From the NCBI GenBank assembly GCA_023213395.1, contig CM041465.1, positions 208,637,741-208,701,740 of the forward strand: DNA of 64,000 nucleotides, given 5' to 3'. The position numbers and the translations under genes are program-made. The stretch's first letter is position 1, and each line of letters begins with the position of its first letter. Shown in pieces: positions 1 through 13,020 of the stretch. The notes below the pieces were generated by a model. The model did not search any database and had not been told where the DNA came from. It saw nothing but the letters and a program-made list of their open reading frames with translations. This DNA comes from Cycas panzhihuaensis (Eukaryota > Plantae > Cycadophyta).

Positions 1-147
1 TACATCGGAAAACAGTGGCGGGGACAAGACAGCAGCCCATAGAATCCAGGACGCAGTTACAACACTGAGATAGGTGGGTGCATTCGGGGCAGAATAGGAG
101 TATAATTGCAGCACCACTGTGTTGTAGCAGCATGAAAAGGAAGTAAT

Positions 148-368
148 GGAATTGCAGCGGTAAGCAACCAGCAGTGACGGAAGAAGTCGGAATTGCAGCA
201 GTAAGCAACCAGCAGTGACAGAAGAAGTCAGAATTGCAGTAGTAAGCAACTAGCAACAATGGAAGGATTTAGAGTTGTAGTGGCAAGTAACCAGCAGCGA
301 CAGAGTAATTTAAGTCACATTGGCAAGCAACCAGCAGTGACGGAACGATTCAAAGTTGTAACGGTAAG
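148..368 (+). repeat. ~41-bp tandem repeat, about 5.5 copies
   Basis: Unit GGAATTGCAGCGGTAAGCAACCAGCAGTGACGGAAGAAGTC starts at 148, 189, 230, 271 and ~311, decaying rightwards. Confidence 0.9.
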
Positions 369-439
369 ACGACACGGCATTACAACTGACAAGGGAAACA
401 ATTGTAAGGCAGACTAAGTCTAGGGAACGGTTGGAAAAA

Positions 440-2061
440 ATGTCGAGAACACTGCTAATTAGAGAAAATGATGATTTTAGGATTCGCGCAGAATGGCAAA
501 CCATGAGGAAAGAAGATGAACGAAGGAAGTTGATCATTAAGGCAGGATTGCATAAGTTTATAATGGTGGGGACTTTGCCCAATGTAGATAAATTTTTGCA
601 AGTAACAATTCCGTTATTGGCCGAATACTCGGAAATGGTACAAGTTTCAGAAGAAATGATAGCGGCGATTCTTGGACTTAGAAGAAGGTGAAGAAATTAA
701 GAGGGATACTTTGATATCTCGAGAAGAAGCAGCAAGGATAATTGGGGCAGAAAACAAAGATGCCTCTACTTCAGGCATTAGAATAGTAGGCATACAAGCC
801 CCTGAGAAGCGATTTTTAGCACATTTTATGTTTACTAAAATCGTGCTTACTCAAAAGAATACATTCGTGCCAAGTAACTTAAGAACGATGGTTAATCAAG
901 TGGCCCACGAGAAAGTCTTAAATTGGGCAAAATTTGTGAAGGAAAGAATAAAATTAAGTTTGCAAGCAGTTTTGGAATCTAACAAAATTGCTTCTTTTTA
1001 TTATGTAACTATTTTACAGGGATTGCTCACGTTTCAGTGTCCAGAAGTTAGTATGCCTAAGGGAAACAGGGAGCAATCACCGTTAGCTTGTTGGACGGAT
1101 GATAGTGAGAAAGACTGGGAAAAAGAGCAAGGCCAAGTCCAGGAGTGGATACAAAAATTGTATCGAATGAATCAGGTGACAGCGGGAGTGCAGCAACACA
1201 TTACCCGAAAAGGGAAGGAAAAAGTAGAATGGGAGAAAGGAGCCAGTTCTTTAGAGGGAGAAGTAGAGAAAGTTCCCAAAACAGAGTCGGTGGAGGAGGA
1301 AGGAAGGGAAGAAAGATTGGAGAAAGTAGCAATAGTAGAGGATGAGGTGCAAAGGCAAAAAATGAGAAGGTTGGCACAAGAAAGAAGAAAGAAAGAAATT
1401 ATAGAGAAATTGAATAATCATCCACTAGAGGTTGAGTTTAATGTAGATAGGGAAATTCTGGAAGAAGGACTGGATCCAATGGAATGTGATGCCTAGGATG
1501 TGACTAATTGGAGGACGACATTGTTGGCAAAGGTAATCGGGCAGCTGGTTACGGAGTTAGAAAGCAGAGCAAAGCTGCCAAAAGAATCCTTGAAAAGGAT
1601 TCATCAAATTACTGAGGAGAAATTGGACTCCTTAAAAAAATTTATAATGGATTGGGTGGACGACATAAATGAGGTAGGGCCACAAGTGGAGGAGTTCAAG
1701 ATAAGGTTTGACAGGTATATTCCAGCAGACATGCAACAAGTTTATCATCGGCTGGGAGCATGGATTATAAAGACGGATGAAGAATCAAAACGGTGTAAAA
1801 ACTTATGGAGGGAACGTAATGGTTATAGAGATCAATTGGAATTGACAGAGAGAGTAAATAGCGAATTAAATCAAGAAATCGAGCAGCTACACTCTGGGGA
1901 AAAGCCGACATTAGCTCTGCTGGATACAATGCAGGATGTTGCCATGTTATGTGAATATTTGAAGCAAGCAATTTGAGATTACCTCCTCAAATAGCAAGAC
2001 CTGATATGGAGTACATACGTAGGGAAAAGGTAAAGATCATGGAAGCTCAAAGGAGGAATTA
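440..2061 (+). pseudogene. Disrupted extra ORF of the LTR element (plant-transposon-protein-like N-terminus, acidic/coiled-coil C-terminus)
   Basis: ORFs 431-691, 672-1496 and 1500-1976 join through one frameshift near 680 and an in-frame TAG at 1494. Motifs AGLxxFI, EMIAAILGL..EGE and LNWAKFVKERI parallel those of H's extra ORF. The 3' end is approximate. Confidence 0.65.
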
Positions 2062-2127
2062 AGTAAAATGATAATTAAATTTTTGTGAATGAGTATGTTA
2101 CTTGTTCAAAAGAGGTGGCCGGGGAGA

Positions 2128-2724
2128 TGTGTGCGGCCTAACAACCATTTTGAGGTGTAGCTATAATAGCAAGGTCTGCTACTACTACGACTACTACAAC
2201 AAGGTCTACTGCTACTATTGTCGCTCTGATGGCTTTGTTCTTTGCAGTGAGGGTCGTGGTACAACAATGAAGGTCTGTGGCTGCAACAGTGAAGACTGCA
2301 GCTGCAACTGCGAGGACTGTGGCTGCAACTAAGGATTGCCGGGAGTGCAACCAGTGGACCTGAGTGCAACTCGAGTTGACCATGGGCGGCTCAGGTAGAG
2401 ATGGGTAGCAGGCAGATTAGTTAAGATAGGACAAAATTGAAAAAACATTTATGTAACCATGTGTTAACTACATATAAAGAAGTAGAATAGACATGAGGGA
2501 GATATCAATTGTGTGTGTATGCGTTTGGTTGATCTGGCTGGAACCCACACGTTGGGTGGGCTGTCCTCTAGTTGTAATTGCTCAGGCATGCGTCTAGTTG
2601 TGAGAGGACCAGACGCAGTGCCCTTTCTGCCATGAATAAAGTTAGTTATTGTTGTTCTCACCAATTCTGTGTCTCTCTTTCACTATGAATTCTGTATGTT
2701 AGGAAATGTGAAGCGAGGCACACA
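2128..2724 (+). repeat. 3' LTR (~597 bp) with internal 21-bp CTGCAAC-containing repeats (2270-2370)
   Basis: TG...CA ends with 7-bp inverted repeats, preceded by a PPT. The partner LTR is outside the window. Confidence 0.7.
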
Positions 2725-4877
2725 CACTCTTCATTGGAAAATTAATCTAGTGCACCTAAGGCGAATGGACTGTTGTGTGCAACATCCCATGTCCAAAAAG
2801 GAGTTTTGGACACCATTCCTATATTTGGTGTGTGGGTGCACCGCCACAAGAAAAGTGAGCATTGCAAAGGGCAATCGTGCAAGGCACGGTTCTAGGCTAG
2901 GGCTAGTGGCAATGCATATAGGGATGCCTTAATGTGGGTTGTATAATGAAGTGACTTCACTTTATACCTTTTCATGAACTCACCATCTTATGGAAACCAA
3001 ATTAATAACTTTCTAATTATTAATAATATTGTTGATTTTCAAAATATGGAGGCTGAAATTTGTGAAACCAGTTTCTCGCAATAATTTGTCTTTTGATGCC
3101 ACTTGTCATCCTATAAGTTCCAATTGGGCTTTGGGGCTACTAACAAATTTAGACCTCATTCCACAGGCATTTCCAAGAATAAATAAAAGTAGAAAACAAT
3201 ATGCCATTTCACATGGTCTGTTGCATATCTCAATGTAAAGTGCAGAAAAATAACCACCTACACTTTCATTAATATGACTCTAAAGTTTTAGAAAAGCCAT
3301 GGATACAAATTCTTCCATAAATGGTGCAAAAACAACTGTGATGTATGCTTACAAAAATAGGCTAAAACAATGGAGAATAATGACATTTCAACAAAATTTT
3401 CAAAGGTGTTTATATCCATAGAACACAGAATAGTTATACACAAAACCCTTCATACATAGTACAAAACAGCCATGATATCAATTCAGTTTTTAGGCAAAAA
3501 CTACAATGAACAAATGTACTCATAGTGGAGCTTCAACTGTGCTTAGACCTATAAACCATAAGACAATTCTGCATAATGCAGAAATCGCTATGATTCATGT
3601 TCAGCTTTTAAGCTAAACAACCATGAACAAAAAACAACATAACAGAAATTTAGGAGCAATAATACCTACCAACACCCTAACTGCACAACCTACAATTAAG
3701 CACAAAATCCTAGTCATACTTATGTGCAAAATTTTCCAAAATTCAAAGAGCATTCACTTACCTCAATGAATGACATTTTTAGCTGATCGCTATGCTTCTC
3801 AACAGCCCATACATATGCTTAACCATACATCTGTATGATTGCCTCCCAAGAACTTTCGTATGGTCAAAAAAGAGACTTCTTCTTGTTCCGTGCAGTCTGC
3901 CCTGAAGATCAAACTTCTTTTTGTTCAAAATACTATCCTAAAGAAGGGTCTTCGTCATTGCTAGCTTTCTTGTGCATTAATGATACCTTTTCTATAGGAA
4001 GAATTGTGCATTAAATGTTGTAGAACTGACCTAAGTCAGCCCTAGTTCCTTATGTTTTCTTAGCCCTAGTTTTCTTATGTTTTCTAGTAAACTGTCAATG
4101 CACATAACTTTGCCCCTATTTAAAAAAATATAGCTGTATAATATATGAATTTGGGTAGTTTAATCCACACCACTTCATCGAAGAGATGGATTTTGAAAAT
4201 TCCTATTGCAGATCTCACAAACTACCAATTTTCCACCCAAAGTCTTAAAAGTTGGCAACTTCGTTCTGAAACCTCTAGTAACCTTACATGGGCCTTTATT
4301 ATATAAACTTGCATTTATGTCTCATGTGCTTCAAAGATTGGGGTTATAAAGTCTATTTTATTCTAGTGGGGTCCATAGCCCATTGCTTGGACTAGGGCTG
4401 TTACAGTCTGGTTGTGACCAAAGTAAGTGGCACCGCAAGAGCAAAGAAGGTGAGCTCCAAAACACTTGTAATATAATTAAATGAAGATGTTGAAAGACAC
4501 TGCACAAGACACCATTCTCTGAACTCAGAGAGCCATGAACAAGTGAACTTCAGCTTTTTCCATGAGTTGTAACACCAGTTTGGTAGAATACATGTACAAT
4601 TTTATAAATGGTAGCAACTTGTCATAGGATCAAGGATTGGAAGAATAGTTATTTTGAGCTAGAACCCCTGCATGAGCAATTTTAGAGGTGTAGAAATTAT
4701 TTTTAAAGATGTGGAAGTATATATGCAAATTACAAACATTTTGTGTTTTTTATGTTTTAATATCTAAAACAATTTAACAGAGAGAACATTATATCTCACT
4801 TGCTTCATTTGTCTGATGCAGCATTTGGATTTTCCATTGGCATATGCTTGTAAGGCTTTTCAAGAAGGGTGTCCAAT

Positions 4878-5290
4878 ATGGCTCGGACCTTATCATATGC
4901 TTCAATTGCAGATCAGTGCAGTTTATCTCTGAAAAATTTTACTGCTTATGAGCACAAGCCTCTTGATTGTCGGTCACTGATCACAAAATTTTCTCCCTCT
5001 AGACCCCACTTTAACAATATGCTACTGATGTCTTCATGGCGACTGAATTCCCTTATTTGCTCCTGGAATAATTGGTCCCTTTTGCAAAACATCAGTGCAC
5101 CTAATACTGTTCCATCAAAGAAAACTATCTTTGCTGCATACAGTGCTGGGGCAGGGATACCTATAAGTAGCAATTACAATAGAATAGGACAGTGTTTGGT
5201 GATTCCACCACCAAATCAAAGAAAGCCTCGCGGTATCATCAAATTCTTAGGAGGAGCCTTTATTGGAGCAATCCCTGAACTAACTTACAG
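4878..5290 (+). CDS. DUF1350 family protein (alpha/beta-hydrolase-like, probably plastid-targeted), first coding exon
   Basis: ATG at 4878 and a Ser-rich transit-peptide-like N-terminus, then CLVIPPPNQRKPRGIIKFLGGAFIGAIPELTY, which matches plant DUF1350 proteins from memory. Donor AG|GTAAAG at 5291; upstream acceptor TGCAG| at 4821. Confidence 0.88.
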
Positions 5291-5470
5291 GTAAAGACCA
5301 TTAGAATTGGATCTGAAAAACTTATTGCTATTGCAGCAGCTTGTTTATAGAAATCTGTTAAGAGAGCCTTGCTTCCAAGATCTTCATCCATTTTATGAAG
5401 TCAGTGATAAATTTGATCCTATGAATTCTCTTGATGCTCTGACGGTGCTGTTCTGAATGTTCTATTCCAG

Positions 5471-5674
5471 CCTTTTTTTGGATCTTTTAGCCAAGGAAGG
5501 ATTTCTCATTGTTGCAGTGCCTTACAATGTAACCTTTGAGCATGCACAAGCAGCAAAAGAAGTATATGATAAGTTCAATGGTTGCATGGATATTCTCTTG
5601 TCTTCAGGGTTGACATCTGCTAATTTAACACCACATGATATTCTGGAGCTGCCAGTTTATTGTGTTGGACACAG
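5471..5674 (+). CDS. DUF1350 family protein, second coding exon
   Basis: Acceptor TTCCAG| at 5470. The phase-2 join restores ...ELTYS LFLDLLAKEGFLIVAVPYNVTFEH...LPVYCVGH(S). Donor AG|GTATGC at 5675 splits the GHS motif. Confidence 0.9.
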
Positions 5675-6771
5675 GTATGCTATTTTCGGAATTTGTATGA
5701 TTTTTGATCTCTCTGCTGCAAATCAACTATCCTTCACAAACTTCAGGGGTAGCAATCTACTTCTCTCTCACAAAGGCATGTGTATTTGAGTGCTTACATA
5801 CACACACACACATGGACATGTTCTATACACTCCCAAACCGATTGTGTGCAATCTTCGATCAACCATAAATGTATTGTTTTCCTTATTTGCAGCCCTAAAA
5901 CAATATAAATGTCTCAATCTGTTTTGTAGATCAACAATTTGGCTCTTTAAGTGAGTATTGGCATGTCGTGGGTTGGTTTTCTCCATTGCAATTTAACACG
6001 GTGACCACTTTGCCATACATGCCTTCAAAGTGTAGACTCAATTACTGAAATATTGAAACGGACTGAAGCATTCAAACAGCACGTGCACAATCAAAGAATG
6101 ACACATAATCATTCCATGACATAAACCAACATACTCCGTCTATAGCATCAGCACAAAATCAGTACATTCATTGGTAAGTTAGAATTACTCATCTTGTATA
6201 TAATCCAGCTGTGGCTGTCTGATCCAACACTGCTGCACCCATATTTGTGTTTTCATGCAGGGTTCAATTTGGCAGAAACACACCTCCCTACCTATGCATG
6301 CACGCTGAAAACAGAATTGGCATATGACTATAAGGAAAAACAATAATGCTCAAATGTAATATGGAATATGACTCAGACAAGTCCCAGCCAAAGGTACTTT
6401 ATTGTTATGATAAGACTACAACACAGAACTACTGCCCTATAGACAGATGAAGTTCTCTTTATGGAGTCATTGTAATAGATGAGTCGAAACTTCATGGCAT
6501 ACTCAATGAATGGAAACCAAAGAAAGAGAAACACCTTCTGCTTTGCATGTGGGTAGCATTCACTGCAATGACAAAAAACAGTGACCAAGGACTTGAAAAT
6601 TATTTTTATCTGTCATTGGGGCCCCACCATTTAAATATGGTGGAAAACACTTTGTTTTTCTATTTTTTTTTACTGCATGGTCAATGATGATGACATTTTC
6701 TATACTTATCATAACTTTTTTCCCAATTGTTTTTATTCCACCTTTAGGTACAATATAAAGAACATTATGTA

Positions 6772-7203
6772 TGTGAGAATTCAAACATGCTCAGACTTGC
6801 CCTAATGCCATGTGAATCCTTGCTAGATCTTTTCATCATTTACATAGAAAAAAACAAGACATCATATAGGAGAACAAGCACACGAAAGACACAAGTTTAC
6901 GTGGAAAAATCCTTTTGGGAAAAAATCCACACAATATTGACAATTTATTAAAGATGGCAATGTTACATCACTGAATGGTTTGAAAACCAATTCGATGATT
7001 TACCAACCCTACCTAGGATCTCTTTTATGGGACTCCAAAGGGTACATCTAGCCAAGAGCTGCAACTGTTCAAATAGGGTCGAGACTCTTCTGAAAGGTTG
7101 CATCTCCTGAATAACATCGCTTCGTTTTGCCACATTCACCACTCACCACCACATGAAGCATTAATAGCTACCATGTGTTAACCTTTAACGATGTTCGCTA
7201 ACA
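6772..7203 (-). repeat. Copia-A 3' LTR
   Basis: Colinear but strongly diverged copy of 51329-51756; TG..CA ends. Confidence 0.92.
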
Positions 7204-7311
7204 AACCCCCTTAATGCGAATGCGGGATTCGGGACTCAGTATATAGGTGCAGATCAACTTGGTGTTGCAAACTACTAACCTTCAAGGATAGCGAGAGTTG
7301 GCTTTGCAAAT

Positions 7312-8541
7312 TCATTCCCCCTCAAGGGTAATCTCGCGTAGGCCTAATCCAATTTTTCTGAAATGATCTTTAATAAGCGGCTTTGTAAATATGTTTGCGA
7401 GTTTATCACTTGGACAATATTCCACATTCAACTTCTCCACTTTGATCATCTCTTGAATATAATTGTGTTGTATCTCGATGTGTTTGGTTTGAGCATGAAA
7501 CTTAGGATTCTTCAATAATGGAATAGTACTTTGATTATCAGTGAAGATAGTCATTGTGTTGATTTGAATATCAAGAACATCTAACATTTATTTTCAACCA
7601 AACAACTTCACGAGCACCCATGGAGAGTCCTTGGTACTCCACCTCAGTAGAAGATAATGCAACAGTTTGTTGTTTGTTCAAATGGCACACAAACTTCTCA
7701 TCTCCTTCCTCAACGAAGCCAAGAGTTGTACCATGTAAAACTCCTTATTCAATTCTCCATAAAGGAATGAAGGCTTCACATCCATATGATGTGTCTTCCA
7801 CCTAAATTAGGTTGCAGTCGAAAGGATCATCCTAATCATAGTCATCTTCAAGATAGATGCAAATGTCTCACCGTAATCTATCCCTTCTTTCTGTTTGAAA
7901 CCTTAGACAAGAAATAAGGCCTTAAACTTTTCCACCTTGCCATCAGAGTAGAACTTCGTTTTGTAGAGCCACTTACATTTGACCAAGTTTTTCCCTAGAG
8001 CTAATGGAACTAATTCCCATGTTCTATTCTTGATTGGAGAACTATACTCCTCCATTCTAGTCTGCCATTGAGGATTCTTCTCTATCTCAACAAAAGAATC
8101 AAGATCATGGGAGTGAATGGTGTTAACCATAAGAGCATGACTAGCGTATTGACTTCTAGTTCTTCGATTATTTGATGGGTCTATAGTCACGTTAGATGCT
8201 TCAATCGTCTTCCTTGCCCATAATGACCTAGAGGGTTCTAGTGTCTCTACGACCTCCTCCTATGATTGATGTTCCACGACATCTCCATTGATTTGCCTAG
8301 CCTCAGTTTGATCCTCAAACTCGGTGTCTAGCCATGAATGATTTGGTAGTAATAGCAGATGAGGAACTTTTTCAAATGCGGTGATTGCAGCATGATATGT
8401 TAGCGACTTATTAAACCGAACATCTGACTAACTTGAAGCTTTTTCAATTTTGGATCCCATAGTCAATACCCCTTGTTCTGAGCACAATACCCCACAAAGA
8501 TGTACTTCTAACTCTTGCGATCCTTTTTCTTGCATTTATTG
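7312..8541 (-). pseudogene. Copia-A integrase C-terminus / RT (internally deleted) / RNase H remnants
   Basis: Motifs TWELVPL..KCKWLYKTK, HMDVK, TVALSSTEVEY and DNQS..NPKFHAQTKHIEI; many stops. Confidence 0.88.
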
Positions 8542-10000
8542 TGTTTCACTACTTGCAACTCCATTAGTTAATTGTAACAGTTAGTCATTAATTAGAATTA
8601 AGAACTAGTTAGGTATTTGAATAATTAGTAGGAAGGGTAGGAAATATTTGAATGGTTTTATCTCTACTTATATAAATTCTCTCCTTTCTTGTAATTGAAC
8701 ATCATATGTTTTGCAAATTAACTGAATCACCTCATTGAGGAATTTGTTCAATGGTCTTTTTCTATGTTTATGATCTTTCTATTACCAGCCAACATTTTCT
8801 CACATCTAAGAGTTCCTTGATTTGAAGCTAAGAGCAAAGGAGGTAGTAGATGTGAGGTCTACTACAAGTAGTATCAAAGATTTGAATGATCCTTGGCCTC
8901 ATAGAAAATGTTGGGAAGCCTCTTCTATCAAGATTCCAACTTTGTGTTCTCCATTTAGTCCTTGTTTTTCACTTAGACAATTGCCTTCAAGCATTGGCCT
9001 ACCTACCTTCTACATTTATTCCTCTGATGTTTGTCTACCTTATGCATTGTTCTTTCAACTTACTACATCGTCGTATCATTTCTTTGATTATTTTTATGTC
9101 TCCCCATTAGTCTTTCTAGCATCTCTCCATCAACATTCTCACAACCTCATCCTTTACAAGTCAACACTCATTTGCTAGTGTTTCCTTACAATAACCATTA
9201 AATTCAATTGCTTGTTCATTGTTGTGTCCACAACCATACCTATTATCTCTGTGATTCGTTCTGTAGGTCTACCATTCTTGTTGTCATATTCTTATGGCCA
9301 AATAATTGCAATTTCTTCATTATTATCTTTGCATTTTGCAACCCATCCCATTACCTTATTATTCGTTCATATGTAGACAGCATCAATGATTGCCCTCCAT
9401 TGGCATTAGTCTAATCTCACCAAAAATTACTTGCTAGTTTGGTCACTGCTAATCTTGTAGTCATAGTTGTCGCCCATTGATATAAATCTTATTATGACCT
9501 TAAAACCTATGGTTTCAATTCATATTAATATCAAAATATTTTGTTTAGAATATTCCTTCAATACAATCTCAAAAGCCTGAAATGTGGCTCAAACACCTTT
9601 TTCCATCGAAACTACACAGCTATTTCCTATACTATTTTAAACTCACCACCCTATTGTGGCTTCCTATCCTTGTTCTTCTAGTAAATCCCTCTTTGAGCTC
9701 ATCATCACATATAACATTTTTTGGTTGGTTCAAGTTGCCTAAATATCACATTTTGAACATCATTGAACTTTGGAGCTTCGATCAGGCATTGCAAAGGCTA
9801 CCACCGTCGACTACTCAAAATGAGCTAAAATGGCCAACAAAGATGATGCCAAGAAGGATATATCTACTAGTCTTAATGCCATTGAACAATGGATGAAGTA
9901 GACAAATGATAGTATCCACAAGCTCATGACCAATCAACCAAAACTAAAGTAGGAATCATCTACCTCCCAGGACAATCAGAGCAATGCCAACAATTAGGCA

Positions 10001-11300
10001 ATGATTCAATATAAAAAGCAACTAACTATTCCCAATTTCAACATCAAAGGTACGGTTGACTTTGATGAATGGACTTCTAAACTTGAAGTTGCATTTGAAG
10101 ACAATAAAATTAATGCTCCAGGCAAAAAAGTTCATTTTGCTTTCAACCATATGGAAGGGAACTTGTATATATGGGCACAAAAATGGTTTTCTAATCGTGG
10201 ATTTATCCGATGATTTCATTGATGTTGTTTACACTCACATTGAAGGACCTACTTCACTCCTTATAAGGTCCAATTGTCTCACTATTTTGAATGAGATTCT
10301 TTAGTCGAGGAATTCATGGAGCACTTTGAGAAATTGCAACTAAAGACCACTCTATTTGACGAGGAATTCTACGAGGCTAATCTTTGCCCTGGCATTGATA
10401 TTGAGGTAAAGATGTTTTAACCTAAATCATTAGAGAAAGCTATAGTCATGGCTAGACAAGCTGAGATTAAAGAACAAACACAAAATTTTCATTACATTCC
10501 TCCTAGTTGTTGTCTTGGATTTAATAATAAGCCAATAGTGGCTTGTTCGGTGGATGCTAATAAGCCAATACTGAGTGAAAATTGTAGACAATGCAGTTAC
10601 GGGCCATCTCAATCCTGCCTAAAGAGAAATCCACTTTATGTAGTTGAAGTTGATATGACCAAAGATGAACCTGATTATGGAGGAACAACCCCTTTCTGAG
10701 GAATAGCCACCACTTGAAAGTGGAAAACCTTTTATCTCCTTAGAAACTATTTTAGGGATACAACAACCCAACACCATTAAGTTACAACGATTCCTTTGCA
10801 AACAAAAGGTCGTTGTCCTCATTGACCTGGGCAGCACACACAACTTCATAGGCATCAAGTTGACCATTTGTTTGGGCATATTTATCGATAACTCCAAAAC
10901 CTTTTACATTACAGTACTAGATGAATGACAAAGCAGTTATGATGGGGAATTTGCTAATCAGGAACTCTAGATCAACACCCTCACCTTTTGTATTGGCTAT
11001 TATGCTTTTCTGACTAGAACTCTAAATTTCATGCTAGGGGTGAAATGGCTTAAGAAGCTAGGAATTTATGCATTAAACCACGATTAGAACTTCATTTTTT
11101 CCCATTGGAATAGAAAATTACATTAGTTCTTTCAATTCGCAACACCTATTTCTAAAGTCATAGCTGCAACAAAGATGGATAAACTGCTCAATAAAGGGCA
11201 TGCAGGATCCATCGCCCATCTTTTTTCTATGGAAGCACACATATCAAAGGAACACCTTCACCCAGACCAGACTCGTGACCTCCAAAACCTTCTACAACAA
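10001..11300 (+). pseudogene. Gypsy-B gag-protease remnants
   Basis: Motifs DEWTSKLEVAF, HMEGNLYIW and VVLIDLGSTHNFI. The reading continues at 23592 after removing element C (LQNLLQQYEPVFQP). Confidence 0.8.
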
Positions 11301-13020
11301 TGTAGCATTCCTTCTTTGGTCTAGCCGATTTACAAAGAGATACTCTGGTTGACTACTTTTTACATTCATTAAGAGTTACATTTATTACTTTCTTCATCTA
11401 TTTGACTTACAAAGAAATGCTTATATTGGCTGACCTTTTAAGAATTATCTACATTACTTTCTAGCTAACTTCAGGAGGGTCTTTTGGGTTGACCATACAT
11501 GGTTATTTTTGGTTGACCTCTATCTTTTTTTAGCCAAGCCCCTTAGCCCTCTTTTCACCCACCTATTTAAAGGTGTTTGTGACCTCTTTTAGGGGTGTGG
11601 AAGTGAATTGCATGTGTTGCATTTTCGGCCTTAGGGCTGCTATTCTTGGGAGGGGACCTTGCCTTGAAGAGGAAGATCATTTCCAATACATTTTGTAAGT
11701 TATATTTCATGTTTTAATGATATTTTAGTAGCACCATTGTGAGCAGATAACAATCTTTTCAGCTCATCTCAGTATATTACTAGCAAATTATGTGTGAATT
11801 GTGCATGTTTTACTTTATTTTTTCACTTTTCTTCTAATTTATCAGTATATTATATGCAAAGTGTGTGTGAATTGTACACCTTTTACTTTATTTTGTCATT
11901 TTTCTTCAGTTTACCCTACCAGCTTTGCTATAAGTGATATCAAAGCTTCGTTCAAAAGCAAATCCTATGGAAAATCTAGTCATCAATAAGAAAATTATAA
12001 GCCTATTTGCCTAGAACTTTATTGTATTAGTTCTTCTCTCTTCTCTTCCCCCGCACCCCCCCCCCCCCCCCGCCCCAAAGAAAAAAAGGAATTAAGGTTA
12101 GGGAAAACTCTACAACCCGATAAAATGGTTAACACTCAATCAGTAACTTTAGAAGGCATAAACAAAAGGGTAGACCAATTAATTGATAACTTGGACAAAG
12201 TATCAAACCACCTAGAAAATAGCCTACATAGTATTCGCCTTGAAATATACAACCTAACCAAAAGGCTTGATAAACAAAAAGAAGAGGGGGAATCGATAAC
12301 AAAAAACCCTCTCCGGGGACACCAGGAACAAAAAGAATTTGAAAGGAGCCCCAAAGACTATGGACAAAAGAACTTAAGGGATATTGAACCAAGATATGGG
12401 CTTCAAGGAATGGGGTTTCTTTTGGAGAAATTTGACACAAATAGGTTAAGGGATATTCATAGTTGGATGCTCCAGATGGAATCTTACTTCCAAGAATACG
12501 ATCTGTCCAACCACAAGAAATCCTTAGGAGCATCTCTTCATCTCTATGGCAAAGCACTCTAATGGTTCAATTGGTGGAAGAGACTTCCTAGGCAAAATAC
12601 AAACAACTGGGATTCACTAAAGGATGCACTAATAGAACAGCATGAAGAAACCTGGAATATAGATTACTTCTCCCAACTCACCTAACTACAACAAGTAGGA
12701 ATGGTTCAATCCTATATAGAATGATTCTGAGCTCTACAAAGTTTGGTTCCTTCACATTACCAAGTGATCTCATGACCAAAACTTATATTGGAGGATTCAA
12801 AGGCCACATCAAATATCGTATAAAAACAATTGGGGCAACCAACATAAGGAAATCCATTAGACTTGCTACAAATATAGAAGCAAAATATAGGGAAAGCAGG
12901 GGTACCTTTAATTGGTGAAATGAACAAAACAACTATCTCAGTTTACAACCCAAGTGGACCGAATCTGGAACAAAAACAGAATCCTCGCTTGGGGAAAAAA
13001 ACAATAGAAAAATAAGAGAA

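Larger units (their letters stand above)
1..2724 (+). mobile_element. 3' end of an LTR retrotransposon (probably non-chromovirus Ty3/gypsy) with tandem array, extra ORF, PPT and 3' LTR; runs off the left edge
   Basis: Purine tract AAAAGAGGTGGCCGGGGAGA ends at 2127. It is followed by a segment with 7-bp inverted termini TGTGTGC (2128)...GCACACA (2724). The upstream ORF resembles the extra ORF of element H. Pol is not in the window. Confidence 0.7.

Noticed and set aside
2267-2332. Metallothionein-like mini ORF MKVCGCNSEDCSCNCEDCGCN
   Set aside because: Explained by translation of 21-bp CTGCAAC repeats inside an LTR.
6245-6330. Acceptor-like TTTTCATGCAG at 6260 as DUF1350 exon 3
   Set aside because: The phase-2 join gives GHR-VQFG and an early stop rather than the expected GHSNG motif.
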